Source: Escherichia phage B9-1. Taken from it: 64,000 nucleotides of DNA. The notes under the pieces are model-generated. The model did no database searches. It saw only the letters and a program-made list of their open reading frames with translations, and had not been told where the DNA came from. Positions 26,682 through 37,326 of this stretch are shown here, one piece after another (position 1 is the stretch's first letter; each line of letters begins with the position of its first letter). Position numbers and translations under genes: made by a program. The stretch is taken from sequence record OQ420740.1; one strand, given 5' to 3'.

Positions 26682-28051
26682 TGGAAAAAGGGCAGTACGA
26701 TGTAGGCACAGATGCTGCCCTTGTTGCAATCATGAGCGGTGAGAATGTCTTCGTAAGTGGACCTGGTGGAACCGGGAAGACATATCTTATCAACATGATC
26801 CAGTCCATGTATGGAGACTCTTGCATAACGGTTGCCCCGACAGGGGTAGCCGCTTTAAACGTTAATGGAGCAACAGCGCACCGAACTTTCGATCTTGCCG
26901 CAGGTGTGAGCATGGAGTCAGACTGGACAGCAATAAGGGCAAAAACAGCAAAGCCTCTGAAAAGCAAGGCATTTACCATCCTGATTATCGATGAAATCTC
27001 TATGATCCGTGCTGACAAGTTCATAGAGATGGATAGAAAACTCCGCTTTCTTCGGAAAAATGACAAACCTTTCGGAGGCATTCAGGTGTTATTGTTTGGA
27101 GATTTCTACCAAGCACCTCCAGTTGTCTCTTCTATGGAGAAAGAAGCCTACTTCAACTTCTACCACACAGACCTGTGTTGCTATACAGAATCTTGGGAGG
27201 ATCTTAATCTTCACAACATAGCCTTAGTAGACCAGTTCCGTCAGGAATCTGTTCGCTTCGCCACAATGTTGAACTGTGTTCGTGAAGGTCGTCGCATAAA
27301 AGAGGTTGTAGCAGAGCTTAACACTCGTTGCTATCATGGTGGTGTCCCAACAGATGCCTTGACCATCTGTGCCACCAATAAGCAAGCAGAGGAGGTGAAC
27401 AGACGTTTCTATGATGCCATCAAGGCCCCAGAGAAGACCTACATTGGTAAAATGAAAGGTAAGTTCCCTTCCACACTACCTGTGGAGCAGGAAATGAGGC
27501 TGAAGATAGGGATGAAGGTTATGATAACCTCAAACGATGTTGACCCTACTCACAAAGTTCCGTATTATGTTAACGGGACACGTGCCACAGTGGTAAAATT
27601 CAAGACCAAATCCGTAGTAGTTGAGCTAGAAGACGGAACACAGGTTGAAATTGAGCCAAGATTGTGGGAGAATAACGAGTACAAACCTTCCCAGAGGTAC
27701 AATATTGCCGAAAGGAAGATGGAGAAGTTCATAGAGAGGGTTGTGATCGGGTCTTATGAGCAACTTCCTTTGAAATCTGGGTACGCAGTAACATCGCATA
27801 AAAGTCAAGGACTTACGTTAGATTGTTACAACCTAGACCTCGGAAAGAACGGAGCTTTCTCTCCCGGAATGACGTATGTTGCCTTGAGTCGGGTTAAGAC
27901 GATACAAGGAATAAACTTGTTGCGTCCATTAAGAGAGGTGGATATTATTGTTGACCCGAGAGTCGTAGAGTTTTATAATACAACTTTCCCTGGCTTAGAC
28001 GAGAAAGTCAGGAAAGATTTTGAAACTAGAGCAGAAAAGGGGGACGTATGA
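26681..28051 (+). CDS. dda: Dda-like SF1 DNA helicase (RecD/Pif1-like)
   Basis: 456 aa; Walker A GPGGTGKT, Walker B IIDEISM, C-terminal helicase motifs (VTSHKSQG, YVALSRV). Confidence 0.75.
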   Translation: MEKGQYDVGTDAALVAIMSGENVFVSGPGGTGKTYLINMIQSMYGDSCITVAPTGVAALNVNGATAHRTFDLAAGVSMESDWTAIRAKTAKPLKSKAFTILIIDEISMIRADKFIEMDRKLRFLRKNDKPFGGIQVLLFGDFYQAPPVVSSMEKEAYFNFYHTDLCCYTESWEDLNLHNIALVDQFRQESVRFATMLNCVREGRRIKEVVAELNTRCYHGGVPTDALTICATNKQAEEVNRRFYDAIKAPEKTYIGKMKGKFPSTLPVEQEMRLKIGMKVMITSNDVDPTHKVPYYVNGTRATVVKFKTKSVVVELEDGTQVEIEPRLWENNEYKPSQRYNIAERKMEKFIERVVIGSYEQLPLKSGYAVTSHKSQGLTLDCYNLDLGKNGAFSPGMTYVALSRVKTIQGINLLRPLREVDIIVDPRVVEFYNTTFPGLDEKVRKDFETRAEKGDV

Positions 28052-28389
28052 GTTTGTGGAGAAATATCGTTAACTACGTGTGTGGCAATCCGACTCCTGA
28101 AGAGAAGGATGTTGTGATTCACGATTTTACTAAAAGATCTCGTGAAAAAGATCTACTGCTAACAAAGGTGACTGATAAAGATCCTGCAGTAGGGGACTGG
28201 GCAGGTTTTGCGTTTACATCGGACAAATACACCTTTAACAAAGGTGACTACCTTGTTGTGGATTTTAACGAAGATATTGAGGGTGCTGAACCTTACTATC
28301 AAACCCTTATTGTTGCAGGGTGTGTTGATCTCTCTGCAGGCATGCACAGTTTGATTCTTTTTGAGCTTGACTCTGAAGACCTTGAGTAG
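28048..28389 (+). CDS. hypothetical protein
   Basis: 113 aa, ATGA overlap with the helicase gene. Confidence 0.5.
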   Translation: MSLWRNIVNYVCGNPTPEEKDVVIHDFTKRSREKDLLLTKVTDKDPAVGDWAGFAFTSDKYTFNKGDYLVVDFNEDIEGAEPYYQTLIVAGCVDLSAGMHSLILFELDSEDLE

Positions 28390-28450
28390 TAAGATGTGAG
28401 TATAAAGGGGAGGCACTCCTCCCCACAAAAACTAAGGAGAGCACCAAACG

Positions 28451-29794
28451 ATGAGTAAAACCAAATTAGAACTTACCTGGATAGGTAAGAACGAGCGCAA
28501 AAAGCTAGAGCCTCACATTTTGCGAGAAGATTCGAGCAAGTCTTATCACGCCAGTAAAAAGGTGACCGAAAACGATATTTTTGATAATAAACTGATTTTT
28601 GGAGATAACTTACTGGCATTGAAGGCACTAGAGCAAGAGTATGCAGGCAAAGTGAAGTGTGTTTACATAGACCCGCCATTTAATACCGGAAGGGATTTTG
28701 AGCACTACGATGATAGCCTGGAGCACTCCATTTGGCTGGGCTTAATGCGGGACAGATTAGAAATAATTCGTAATCTGCTAAGCGATGATGGAGTGATATT
28801 CGTTCACTTAGATGACTGCGAAATGGCTTATTTAAAAGTCTTGATGGACGAGATTTTTGGTCGTGCAAATCAGTTAAATACCATATCGATGACTACAAAT
28901 TGCCCTTCAGGCTTTAAGGCAACAGGAACTACAGTTTTCTCCACAGCAAACTTTTTGCTTGTATATGCAAAAGATCGTACCAAGAAACCACTTAACAAAA
29001 TCTATATACCTAAAGAGTATGATACGGGATATAACAAATATCTATTAAACCCAGATGACCATTATAAAAGTTGGACGTGGTGCGGTATTGCCGATGCGTT
29101 TGCAAAGGCCAATGGCTATAAAGATACAAAAGAAGCCAAGAAAAAACTGCCTGATACATTTGATGATGAATTAGCACAATTTGCAATTGATAATGCAGAA
29201 CGTGTATTTCAATCCGTTGCAATTGGCGGTGGTGCCAAAATAAAGAGAAAAGAAACTATCGAGAAGTCAAAGAAAGATAGGGATAAGGTTTATGTACATC
29301 CAAATGAGGATGTCGAAGGCTTTTATATCGCAAATGGTAGGCAAATGGTCTTTTATTCCAATAGGCTTTTGGAAATTGACGGTGAGATGCAGCCTGCTGA
29401 ACTAATAACTGATGTTTGGACTGACATTAGTTGGAATGGAATAGCAAATGAAGGGGGCGTTAGTTTCAAAAATGGAAAAAAACCTGAAGCGCTTTTGAAG
29501 CGGATTTTAAAAATGTGTACGCGAGAAGGAGATTTAGTATTGGATTCATTCGGCGGTTCGGGGACTACTGCTGCTGTAGCTCACAAGATGAAAAGACGTT
29601 GGATCTCTGTTGAGCTAGGAGATCATTGTCATACCCATATTATTCCACGCTTGCAAAAAGTGATCGATGGTGAAGATCAAAGTGGTATTTCTAAATCTGT
29701 AAACTGGCAAGGTGGTGGGGGCTTTCGTTATTACAAACTTGCCCAGAACTTAGTTGTGAAAGATAAGCTTGACTCAGAAGAAGATTTAGAGTAA
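28451..29794 (+). CDS. DNA methyltransferase (beta-class N6-adenine/N4-cytosine, Mod-like)
   Basis: 447 aa; catalytic motif IV DPPF (VYIDPPFNTG) near the N-terminus and SAM motif I FGGSGTT near the C-terminus (beta-class order). Confidence 0.7.
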   Translation: MSKTKLELTWIGKNERKKLEPHILREDSSKSYHASKKVTENDIFDNKLIFGDNLLALKALEQEYAGKVKCVYIDPPFNTGRDFEHYDDSLEHSIWLGLMRDRLEIIRNLLSDDGVIFVHLDDCEMAYLKVLMDEIFGRANQLNTISMTTNCPSGFKATGTTVFSTANFLLVYAKDRTKKPLNKIYIPKEYDTGYNKYLLNPDDHYKSWTWCGIADAFAKANGYKDTKEAKKKLPDTFDDELAQFAIDNAERVFQSVAIGGGAKIKRKETIEKSKKDRDKVYVHPNEDVEGFYIANGRQMVFYSNRLLEIDGEMQPAELITDVWTDISWNGIANEGGVSFKNGKKPEALLKRILKMCTREGDLVLDSFGGSGTTAAVAHKMKRRWISVELGDHCHTHIIPRLQKVIDGEDQSGISKSVNWQGGGGFRYYKLAQNLVVKDKLDSEEDLE

Positions 29795-29850
29795 TATTTA
29801 AAATATCGAAGGAGAGGTCTACTCTTAACACAAGATAAGGAGAACACCGA

Positions 29851-30156
29851 ATGATGAAGCGTTATAAACCATATACTTTTGAAATCGATTTCGAACTTGA
29901 CAATATGCTCACTGTAGAGGCTCAGGCAGTTGTCCAGTTGCCAGATCCAGAGTGCCGTGATTCTGATGTTGATTATTATGGATTTAGACAGATTACTGAT
30001 GTGCATGTTTACCACAACGGAGAAGAGGTGGATTTTCACCAACTGCCGAACGATATGCGCCACTCGATTTACAAACGGGCAGCACGTGAACTAGAGTCCT
30101 ATCTGGATGCAGCAACAACAGCGGCTGCATTTGCTGAAGAGACAGGAGGTTTCTGA
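29851..30156 (+). CDS. hypothetical protein
   Basis: 101 aa, SD AAGGAGA. Confidence 0.5.
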   Translation: MMKRYKPYTFEIDFELDNMLTVEAQAVVQLPDPECRDSDVDYYGFRQITDVHVYHNGEEVDFHQLPNDMRHSIYKRAARELESYLDAATTAAAFAEETGGF

Positions 30157-30551
30157 TGATTACAGATGTGAAGATTATCCAATACCACCTAACCAAATTA
30201 GAAGATGCTGAAAAAGAGCTTTCAGAAGTTCTGAACAGTGGGTATACTTTACTGACATGCTCCTGTTCAGACACATACATTGTGTGGACACTTGCTAAGA
30301 AGGAAGAACCAGCAGGAATCTTGGTGCCAAACCCTAAGATTATTAGTGAGGTGGACGACTACTCTCAGGATGGCCTACCAGAAGGCTGGGAAACATGGGA
30401 AGGTGGTGAAAACCCTGCACCAGGTAAGTGGGTAAAATACAAACTACGTAGCGGTGCACAGTATGCTGACTACTCTGATGACCTAGACTGGAGTCACTCT
30501 TCACCAGGATCATCTGCAAGTGCATATGATATTGTTGCTTTTCAGGAATAA
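30156..30551 (+). CDS. hypothetical protein
   Basis: 131 aa, SD AGGAGG, ATGA overlap. Confidence 0.5.
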   Translation: MITDVKIIQYHLTKLEDAEKELSEVLNSGYTLLTCSCSDTYIVWTLAKKEEPAGILVPNPKIISEVDDYSQDGLPEGWETWEGGENPAPGKWVKYKLRSGAQYADYSDDLDWSHSSPGSSASAYDIVAFQE

Positions 30552-30563
30552 GGAGAGAGTGTT

Positions 30564-31046
30564 ATGTCAGATTTTATGTGGAAGGTAGGCTACGCTGCTC
30601 CCGAGATGTGCAAGGCCTGCTTTGTGAAAATAGGCCGCGAGGATATCGACAAAGTTATCTTTAAGTTTCGTGATGTGGCTGTAATCGGCAACCGAGTGCT
30701 TAAGCACTTAAAAAATCTGAAACTCACCAAAAAGAAATTCTTCGGGCTTTTTGAAGAGAAAGTTGATGCTTGGACCCATTGCATTCAGGAAGCTAAATCT
30801 CACTACAGTGCTATTGTTACTCCAGAACGGGTAGCCAAGATGGAAGGATTCATCAACAGCACGGAGTTTGAGTGCTTAAAAGCTGCCCTTGATAGTTATC
30901 CAAAGTGCCTCAAACATCTCGACAAGTATGTAGAAGAGGATGGGGAAATGTATCTCACTCTGGATGCATACTATGAGATGCAAGAAATTTTAAATTTAGA
31001 TTTGACATTGGTATCCACCGAGTATACAATAGGTATCCGGGTTTAA
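30564..31046 (+). CDS. hypothetical protein
   Basis: 160 aa, SD AAGGAGA. Confidence 0.55.
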   Translation: MSDFMWKVGYAAPEMCKACFVKIGREDIDKVIFKFRDVAVIGNRVLKHLKNLKLTKKKFFGLFEEKVDAWTHCIQEAKSHYSAIVTPERVAKMEGFINSTEFECLKAALDSYPKCLKHLDKYVEEDGEMYLTLDAYYEMQEILNLDLTLVSTEYTIGIRV

Positions 31047-31052
31047 CACTAG

Positions 31053-31080
31053 GCCCTGCCCGAAAGGGTGGGGCTTTTTG
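31053..31080 (+). terminator. rho-independent terminator (copy 1 of a duplicated hairpin)
   Basis: GCCCTGCCCGAAAGGGTGGGGC (9-bp stem with 2 G-U pairs, GAAA loop) then TTTTTG; same hairpin recurs at 41199. Confidence 0.65.
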
Positions 31081-31097
31081 CATTAGGAGACAGCAAA

Positions 31098-31862
31098 TTG
31101 AAATTTATCTACAAAGAACACTACCACAAAGGTGTTGTGTGGAGTCTATTTGACGGGTCTGGTGGTGCAGTTATTGACTGGGCAAAAGCTGGATATCTGT
31201 GCCTGTGCTTTAACGCAGAAGGTGCTGACCATGGCAGTTATGCAGAGGTGATAACCGATCATCCCAACATTCACTACGTGGATTATTGGATTGACCCGTG
31301 GTTCCCTCAAGAAACTTTTTGCATGTACCCAGCTCCAGACTTTATTCTTGCATTTCCTCCGTGCACGCATTTAGCAGTATCAGGTGCTGCACATTTTAAG
31401 AAAAAGCTGGCTAAGGACCCTCTGATTCAAATTAATGCTGTAAAAGATGCTCGGGTTGCAGAAGAGTTGGGAGAGATTTACGATTGCCCGTGGCATGTAG
31501 AGAATCCTGTGGGAGTTATGTCCACACTGTGGCGAAAACCTGATTACCGTTTTCATCCTTCAGATTATGGCGGGTATTTACCGGAGGATGATGTAAACCC
31601 CTGGTTTCCTGAATTTATAGCTCCACGGGATGCCTACCCAAAAATAACTTGCGGTTGGATAGGCAATGGATTTATAATCCCCGCCACAAAACCTGTCCCG
31701 CAAATAGTTGATGTGGTTAGTGGTTATTCCATGCAACACGCTAAGCTAGGTGGAAAGAGTGCAAGGACGAAGATGATTCGAAGCCTTACACCACGTGGCT
31801 GGGCAAGAGCTGTATTCTTAGCAAACGAGCCTGCAGTAAGGAGAAGAATTAATGGGCAGTAA
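31098..31862 (+). CDS. C5-cytosine methyltransferase-like protein (minimal catalytic domain)
   Basis: TTG start after SD AGGAGA; ordered motifs LFDGSGG (motif I-like), FPPCTHLAVSG (PC, motif IV-like) and ENPVG (motif VI-like); only ~255 aa with no obvious target-recognition domain. Confidence 0.45.
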   Translation: MKFIYKEHYHKGVVWSLFDGSGGAVIDWAKAGYLCLCFNAEGADHGSYAEVITDHPNIHYVDYWIDPWFPQETFCMYPAPDFILAFPPCTHLAVSGAAHFKKKLAKDPLIQINAVKDARVAEELGEIYDCPWHVENPVGVMSTLWRKPDYRFHPSDYGGYLPEDDVNPWFPEFIAPRDAYPKITCGWIGNGFIIPATKPVPQIVDVVSGYSMQHAKLGGKSARTKMIRSLTPRGWARAVFLANEPAVRRRINGQ

Positions 31863-33930
31863 ATTCATGGCATCTGCATACAACCGTTTCGGTGAGCCAA
31901 ACCCGAAAGCAACTAAGTATAAAAGTGGGGGAAGTGTGAAACGAGACTATCGTGATGAAAAAGAAGTTGAAACTGTAGAGACTGTTTTAGAAAATACTAA
32001 AATTGTCCCTGTTCCACAACAAAATATTGGACTGATGGCTGCACAATATTTTGGTGTACGATCATCGCTATCCCAAGAGGATGGTGTAACTGTTACTGCC
32101 ACCTACTTTCCGTATTACGACCGCTACGGTAATCTATCTGGCTTTAAAAAGCGTGACTGGACAATCCCTAAAGAGCAAAGGGGCCATTTCTCGGTTGTCG
32201 GCATAGTAAAGGCCAACTCCCAGATGTTTGGTCAAAAGCTGTGTGCATCCTCCAACAACCGCAAGCAGATTAACGTTTGTGAGGGGGAAGGGGATGTTAT
32301 TGCAGCGTGGCAGGCTGCATATCAGGTACAAGTAAAAGGAATTCTCACCAATGCTAAAGCCCCAGCGAAGGTGAAGCAGTGGGCTAAAGAAGTCCAGGAT
32401 GGGATCGATGCAGTTATCAACGGCGGCGATCTTGCAGGAAAACCATGCCTGCCTTTTGTTGGAATTAACTGCGGGTGTGCAAACGCAGTAGACACTTTTG
32501 CGAACAATGAGAAATTTATCCGTAGCTACGGAACAGTAGTCCTTGCAATGGACAACGATGCAGCTAACGAGGTAGAGAAGCAAAAACACGTTATCAAAGG
32601 TGTTGAAGCTACGCATAATATCGCAGCATTTTTGATGGCTGACAACGTTTACCACGTGGAATACCCAGGTGAGGTAAACGACCCTGATGGTGTAAAAGAT
32701 ATTCGTGACATGCTGAAGGCTAAAAAGCTGGAAGATATTGTCAACATGTTCCGTCACCCAGTCAAATATGTGCCTGATGCTGTATCTGATTTAGAAGACT
32801 TCTCCATTGAATCTCTTCGTAAGAAGACTTCCAATGGCGTGGATATTAGTGCAGAGTTCCCTAAACTGCAGAAGATGCTGAAAGGACTCCACAAAGGCAC
32901 CTTGATGATGCTGACAGGCCCGTCTGGCGGTGGTAAAACAACTGTAGCCAAGAAGCTGGAACATTGCATTGCAAGATACTTGATGGATCCAACATGCCCT
33001 AAAGCTGATGATTATGAAGAGGATGATCGCCTGTGCCTGATTCACCTTGAAGAGGATCCTGAGGAAGCAATCAACTCTCTGTACGCTAACCAGCTGGGGT
33101 TTGATGTTAAAGAGTTTGTTGAAGACCCCAGTCAGTTCCTGACCGATCAGGAGCACGCTGAGATTCATCAATCTTGGGCCAAGGCCGGAAAAATCAAAGT
33201 GTTCAAGCATTTCGGCTCCATCCCTGTAGATGAGCTGATCACTAAGCTTAAACAAATGGTGTGCCTGTATCACTGCCGTTACATTGTGCTGGATCACTTG
33301 TCTATGGTGATTTCAGGGCTTAATGTTAAGGATGAGCGTAAAGAGCTTGACATGGCTATGACTCAACTAGCCGCGTTCTGTAAGCAGTTTAATGTGTTTA
33401 TCTTGGTGATTGCTCACCTGAAGCGCACAGAGATTGTACCTCCGAAGGATAAGGATGGAAATCCGTTACCTTTCTGGTACCCTGTACGAAAAGAGAACCT
33501 TCGCGGTAGTGCCGGATTGGAGCAACTTAGCTGGGTGGTTGTCGGGGTAGAGGCAGAGGAGATGGTGGATCGTTCCCGTGGACGTGTCCGACTGGTAGGT
33601 CTTAAAAACCGCCCAGCAAAAACCTTAGGTATTGCGGACACTCTAGTTATGGATCCTCACACAGGCAAGTTCCATGATGCCAGCAACTGGTACTGGGACA
33701 AAGAAATGCAGATGTTTACAGACGGGGAAGGTGGGGAGGTTGTTTGGAGACCTCAGGCTATGTTTGAGGATCAGGAGCATGCAGTTGTAGAAACACCTGT
33801 GGGCAAGGTTGTGGCTGATAAGGTTGTAACTCCTACTGTTAACCCTGTTGACACACAGGAAGACCTTCAGTATGATGATCCGTCCTCTAACCACGTTCCG
33901 GGTTTTGAAGACGACGAAACACCTTTTTAA
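31852..33930 (+). CDS. DNA primase-helicase (TOPRIM + DnaB-like helicase)
   Basis: 692 aa; TOPRIM signatures VCEGEGD and LAMDNDAAN; helicase Walker A GPSGGGKTT and Walker B IVLDHLS. Confidence 0.7.
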   Translation: MGSKFMASAYNRFGEPNPKATKYKSGGSVKRDYRDEKEVETVETVLENTKIVPVPQQNIGLMAAQYFGVRSSLSQEDGVTVTATYFPYYDRYGNLSGFKKRDWTIPKEQRGHFSVVGIVKANSQMFGQKLCASSNNRKQINVCEGEGDVIAAWQAAYQVQVKGILTNAKAPAKVKQWAKEVQDGIDAVINGGDLAGKPCLPFVGINCGCANAVDTFANNEKFIRSYGTVVLAMDNDAANEVEKQKHVIKGVEATHNIAAFLMADNVYHVEYPGEVNDPDGVKDIRDMLKAKKLEDIVNMFRHPVKYVPDAVSDLEDFSIESLRKKTSNGVDISAEFPKLQKMLKGLHKGTLMMLTGPSGGGKTTVAKKLEHCIARYLMDPTCPKADDYEEDDRLCLIHLEEDPEEAINSLYANQLGFDVKEFVEDPSQFLTDQEHAEIHQSWAKAGKIKVFKHFGSIPVDELITKLKQMVCLYHCRYIVLDHLSMVISGLNVKDERKELDMAMTQLAAFCKQFNVFILVIAHLKRTEIVPPKDKDGNPLPFWYPVRKENLRGSAGLEQLSWVVVGVEAEEMVDRSRGRVRLVGLKNRPAKTLGIADTLVMDPHTGKFHDASNWYWDKEMQMFTDGEGGEVVWRPQAMFEDQEHAVVETPVGKVVADKVVTPTVNPVDTQEDLQYDDPSSNHVPGFEDDETPF

Positions 33931-33988
33931 TGTTTAACCAAGAGTGGGAGGGGTAGTACAACCGCCTCCCCTTTAAGGAGAACTGTAT

Positions 33989-36766
33989 ATGAGCATGTGG
34001 TCGTTCGATTTTGAGGCCTCTGGCCTGCTGGAAGACCCAGATCTTTATTATCACTGCGGTTTGTTTAAAGAGCTGAATAAGAACCGTTTTATGCTGTTCC
34101 TTCCTCTAAATGACCGCACACACTACTCTGAAGAGGATGTGGAGAAAGCTAAGAACTTCATTCTGGCAAAGAAGACCCTTTATACAGATTTTGATGTTCG
34201 CATAGCAGATTTTTCAGAGTTGGAGGGTTGGCTTACAGGTAACTCAGACTGGTCACCTACAGCTTTGAACTGTCATAACTGCTACAGCTACGACTTTATG
34301 CTAATGGAGAGATTATCCGGTATTCATTTTGATATGTTCCGTGATCCTAAATGCATGGGGACTATCAACGACCACCAGGTTAATCTGTTCGATACGTTAG
34401 CAATGAGTCGAATCTTGTGGCCTGACCGCCCTTTGCCAAAAGGTTGTCCGGACGCAGTATTTAATCCAGTTACCAAGAAAATGCAGCCTGTTGGGCCTCA
34501 TGGCCTTATGGCATGGGGCTATGCCCTTGGTAACCAGAAAGTTCAAATCGATGACTGGCGTGAGCTTCCGCTGTGGAAGTATGTGGATCGTGTGTTCGAG
34601 GACGTTATCATTCAGGAGTTGCTCTGGAAGGAGTTGGTAGCTGAATCAAAAGGTGTATTCTACGGCAAATCTGACATGCAGAACTTTATGTACGATCCTG
34701 CCAAAGAGAAGCCGAAAGGCTTCAAGAAGATCACCTGGAAGAACGCATTACGCCGAGGCATGTTACAGCACTTCCTGATGGAGCTGCAGGCTCGACAGGG
34801 GGTGTATTTCGACATAGATGGGGCTATTGCTCTACGTGACCGTTGCGATGCGTGGATGAAAGAGATCGCTGATCGTGTTGAACCACAACTCCCTTTAAAA
34901 GAGCTATCAATGTCTCAACGGCCTAAGTTTCCTGAAAAGCCGTTTAACCAGGATGGGACAATCTCCAATAATGGTTGGAAATGGTTAAAAGACAAGCTTG
35001 GCTACCCTGTGGACATGAGTGCTTTAGAGTTCAAAGCTCCTCCTAAGCGAGCATTTACCTCCACAGGGGATGTAAGTAAGATGGGGATAAAATGGTGTGA
35101 AGAGATGGGCTGTAAAGACCCCGATAAGATGGCTGATTTCTTGAGGGGGTATATCAAAGGAACTTCTACACCACACCCTTTACCTAAAGAGCTGATGGAT
35201 CAGGCGATAAGTGACCTACAGCAGAAGCGAATGCCTGACTGCAAGATACCTATGAAAATCAGCAATCAGGACGACATCAAGCGATACCTGATCAGTGCTG
35301 GTTGGCTCCCAACAATGTGGAGAACTAAGGATGTAACTAAGGACAGCAAGAAGAAAGCTTTACCTGATGCAGATGTTGATGCACGAGTATATGCATATAT
35401 GGACGAGCTTTTGGAGTCAGAGTATTGTGACCTAATTATCAACTTCTGGAACAAAACTGATGCTAAGTTCCAGACAACTGTACATAAGTTCAGAAGCTTC
35501 CCTAACTCTGAAAGAATTAAAAAGGAAGTGTTCGGGAAAATACGTAGAAAAGCCAGAGCGCTTATTACTTCTCCGCAACTGAAAGATACGTTTGGACACC
35601 TATGTCCGAATCTTGAAAAATTGAACGGAGAGATGGCTAAAGATATCGTTTTGTGGTTATCATTGCGAAACCGCAGATCGGTCCTTGATCCAATCAAGGA
35701 AGATAAGGTCGATACTGGTCTTCTTAATCATCCACGTTTGAAGATTGACCACAAGCTTCCTGCTAAAAGTTCTGGATTAACAAACACTTCCAGACAGAAA
35801 CATAGTATTTGTGCAAACATGCCTAAACCATCTCCTAAAGTGGTTATGGGTAAAGAGATGCGTAGTCTGTGGGGTGTTCCTCCGGGATACTTTGAGATCG
35901 GTATTGACGGGTCCAACTTAGAGCAGCTCATCGGGGCCTGGGGTGCCTTTGAGTTTGACAACGGTCTGTATTATGATGTTGTAAGTAACGGGGACGCGCA
36001 CCAAAACAATGCTGAGGCATATACAAAAGTAGCAGGTAGAGAGGTGTCTCGTAACGATGGTAAACCTATCACGTATGGGGTTATGTATGGGGCACAAAAA
36101 GATAAAGTTGCAGATATGCTGGATATCTCTCCAGAACTGGGGCAGAGAGTAATTGATGCTCTCTGGGATGCCAACCCAGGTCTTAAGGGGCGCAAAGAGG
36201 ATCTGGAGAAATTCTGGGAAGCAACAGGTAAGAAATTTATCTACTCTTTTGACGGGCATGCCATTTGGACCCGCTCTAAACACTCTTTGCTTAATGCATA
36301 TCAGCAAAATGGCGGTGCATCGTTGTGCGACTTGGTCGGAATCCTCATGCACCACCAAATGGTGAAGCGTGGATGGTATGATGAAGGTGTTCGTCGTATT
36401 ATTTATTACCATGACGAATATCAGCTTCAAGTGCCTGACACCCCTAAGTATAAAACTGTATACACCTTCGACACAATTGAAGAGCTGGAAACATTTAAAG
36501 CCCAACAAGAGGCTAAACTTCATGTGTTCGACGGTCATAAGTACAAAAAGGCACGCAAAGATGAGGACGGAAACGAAGTGGTTGACAAGGACGGAAATAC
36601 GGTATACGATCCTATCTTGAACGATGACGGAAAGCTTGAACTTATCTGGAGCCCTGTGGGCGAAATGGTGGTGCATTGCTTCTGGCAGGCTTCTAAAATG
36701 ATGGGCGTTCCGTTCCAGATCACAGGTGAATACTTGTGCGGTCGTAACTGGGGCGATTGTCACTAA
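33989..36766 (+). CDS. DNA polymerase, family A (Pol I-like)
   Basis: 925 aa; exonuclease-like FDFEASGL near the N-terminus; motif A GIDGSNLEQL, motif B KPITYGVMYG, motif C YHDE. Confidence 0.75.
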   Translation: MSMWSFDFEASGLLEDPDLYYHCGLFKELNKNRFMLFLPLNDRTHYSEEDVEKAKNFILAKKTLYTDFDVRIADFSELEGWLTGNSDWSPTALNCHNCYSYDFMLMERLSGIHFDMFRDPKCMGTINDHQVNLFDTLAMSRILWPDRPLPKGCPDAVFNPVTKKMQPVGPHGLMAWGYALGNQKVQIDDWRELPLWKYVDRVFEDVIIQELLWKELVAESKGVFYGKSDMQNFMYDPAKEKPKGFKKITWKNALRRGMLQHFLMELQARQGVYFDIDGAIALRDRCDAWMKEIADRVEPQLPLKELSMSQRPKFPEKPFNQDGTISNNGWKWLKDKLGYPVDMSALEFKAPPKRAFTSTGDVSKMGIKWCEEMGCKDPDKMADFLRGYIKGTSTPHPLPKELMDQAISDLQQKRMPDCKIPMKISNQDDIKRYLISAGWLPTMWRTKDVTKDSKKKALPDADVDARVYAYMDELLESEYCDLIINFWNKTDAKFQTTVHKFRSFPNSERIKKEVFGKIRRKARALITSPQLKDTFGHLCPNLEKLNGEMAKDIVLWLSLRNRRSVLDPIKEDKVDTGLLNHPRLKIDHKLPAKSSGLTNTSRQKHSICANMPKPSPKVVMGKEMRSLWGVPPGYFEIGIDGSNLEQLIGAWGAFEFDNGLYYDVVSNGDAHQNNAEAYTKVAGREVSRNDGKPITYGVMYGAQKDKVADMLDISPELGQRVIDALWDANPGLKGRKEDLEKFWEATGKKFIYSFDGHAIWTRSKHSLLNAYQQNGGASLCDLVGILMHHQMVKRGWYDEGVRRIIYYHDEYQLQVPDTPKYKTVYTFDTIEELETFKAQQEAKLHVFDGHKYKKARKDEDGNEVVDKDGNTVYDPILNDDGKLELIWSPVGEMVVHCFWQASKMMGVPFQITGEYLCGRNWGDCH

Positions 36767-36817
36767 TGTAAACTATCAACACACGGAAGTGTTGTTAGAC
36801 AAAGAGAGGAGACTTTT

Positions 36818-37102
36818 ATGGTAGTAGAACCAACAAAAACATTTACCTCCATGACTATCCCTGTCATTATGCAGGTAGAGTGCGTTCAGGTGTCCCAAGT
36901 GTGGCCCGGTACTAAAATTCCAACAGGGCCCGATTTCTTTCAGGTCGGCAAAGTGTATAATGTCTGGAAGGCACCGGATTGTTATCCTTTCATCAAAGAT
37001 GACCGTGGGATGCTGTGGTATCTTGGAAATGATTTGACACTGCATCTTGGAAATGCTATTATTGCAGTGTTCCGGCTCAACAAGAAGGAGACAGATCAAT
37101 GA
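36818..37102 (+). CDS. small protein, tandem family member
   Basis: 94 aa; motif GKVYNV...D.RGMLWYL shared with 37099..37326 and 37323..37517. Confidence 0.5.
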   Translation: MVVEPTKTFTSMTIPVIMQVECVQVSQVWPGTKIPTGPDFFQVGKVYNVWKAPDCYPFIKDDRGMLWYLGNDLTLHLGNAIIAVFRLNKKETDQ

Positions 37103-37326
37103 CAACTTTGGTTAAAGCTACATTTGTAGAAGAAAAGATGACAGACCTGTCATTCTTTGAAGAAGGTAAGGTCTACAAGGTTTATTACGATAAGGATCGC
37201 AGGAACAATATGATCGAAGACGAGGACGGTATCTCCTGGTATATCTCCCATCTGGCAAATGGTGAGTATCATATCTATGGGACCACCCTACTTGCCAAGT
37301 TTGTAGTTGTTGAAGAGGATCTATGA
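37099..37326 (+). CDS. small protein, tandem family member
   Basis: 75 aa; GKVYKV...DEDGISWYI; ATGA coupling. Confidence 0.5.
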   Translation: MTTLVKATFVEEKMTDLSFFEEGKVYKVYYDKDRRNNMIEDEDGISWYISHLANGEYHIYGTTLLAKFVVVEEDL

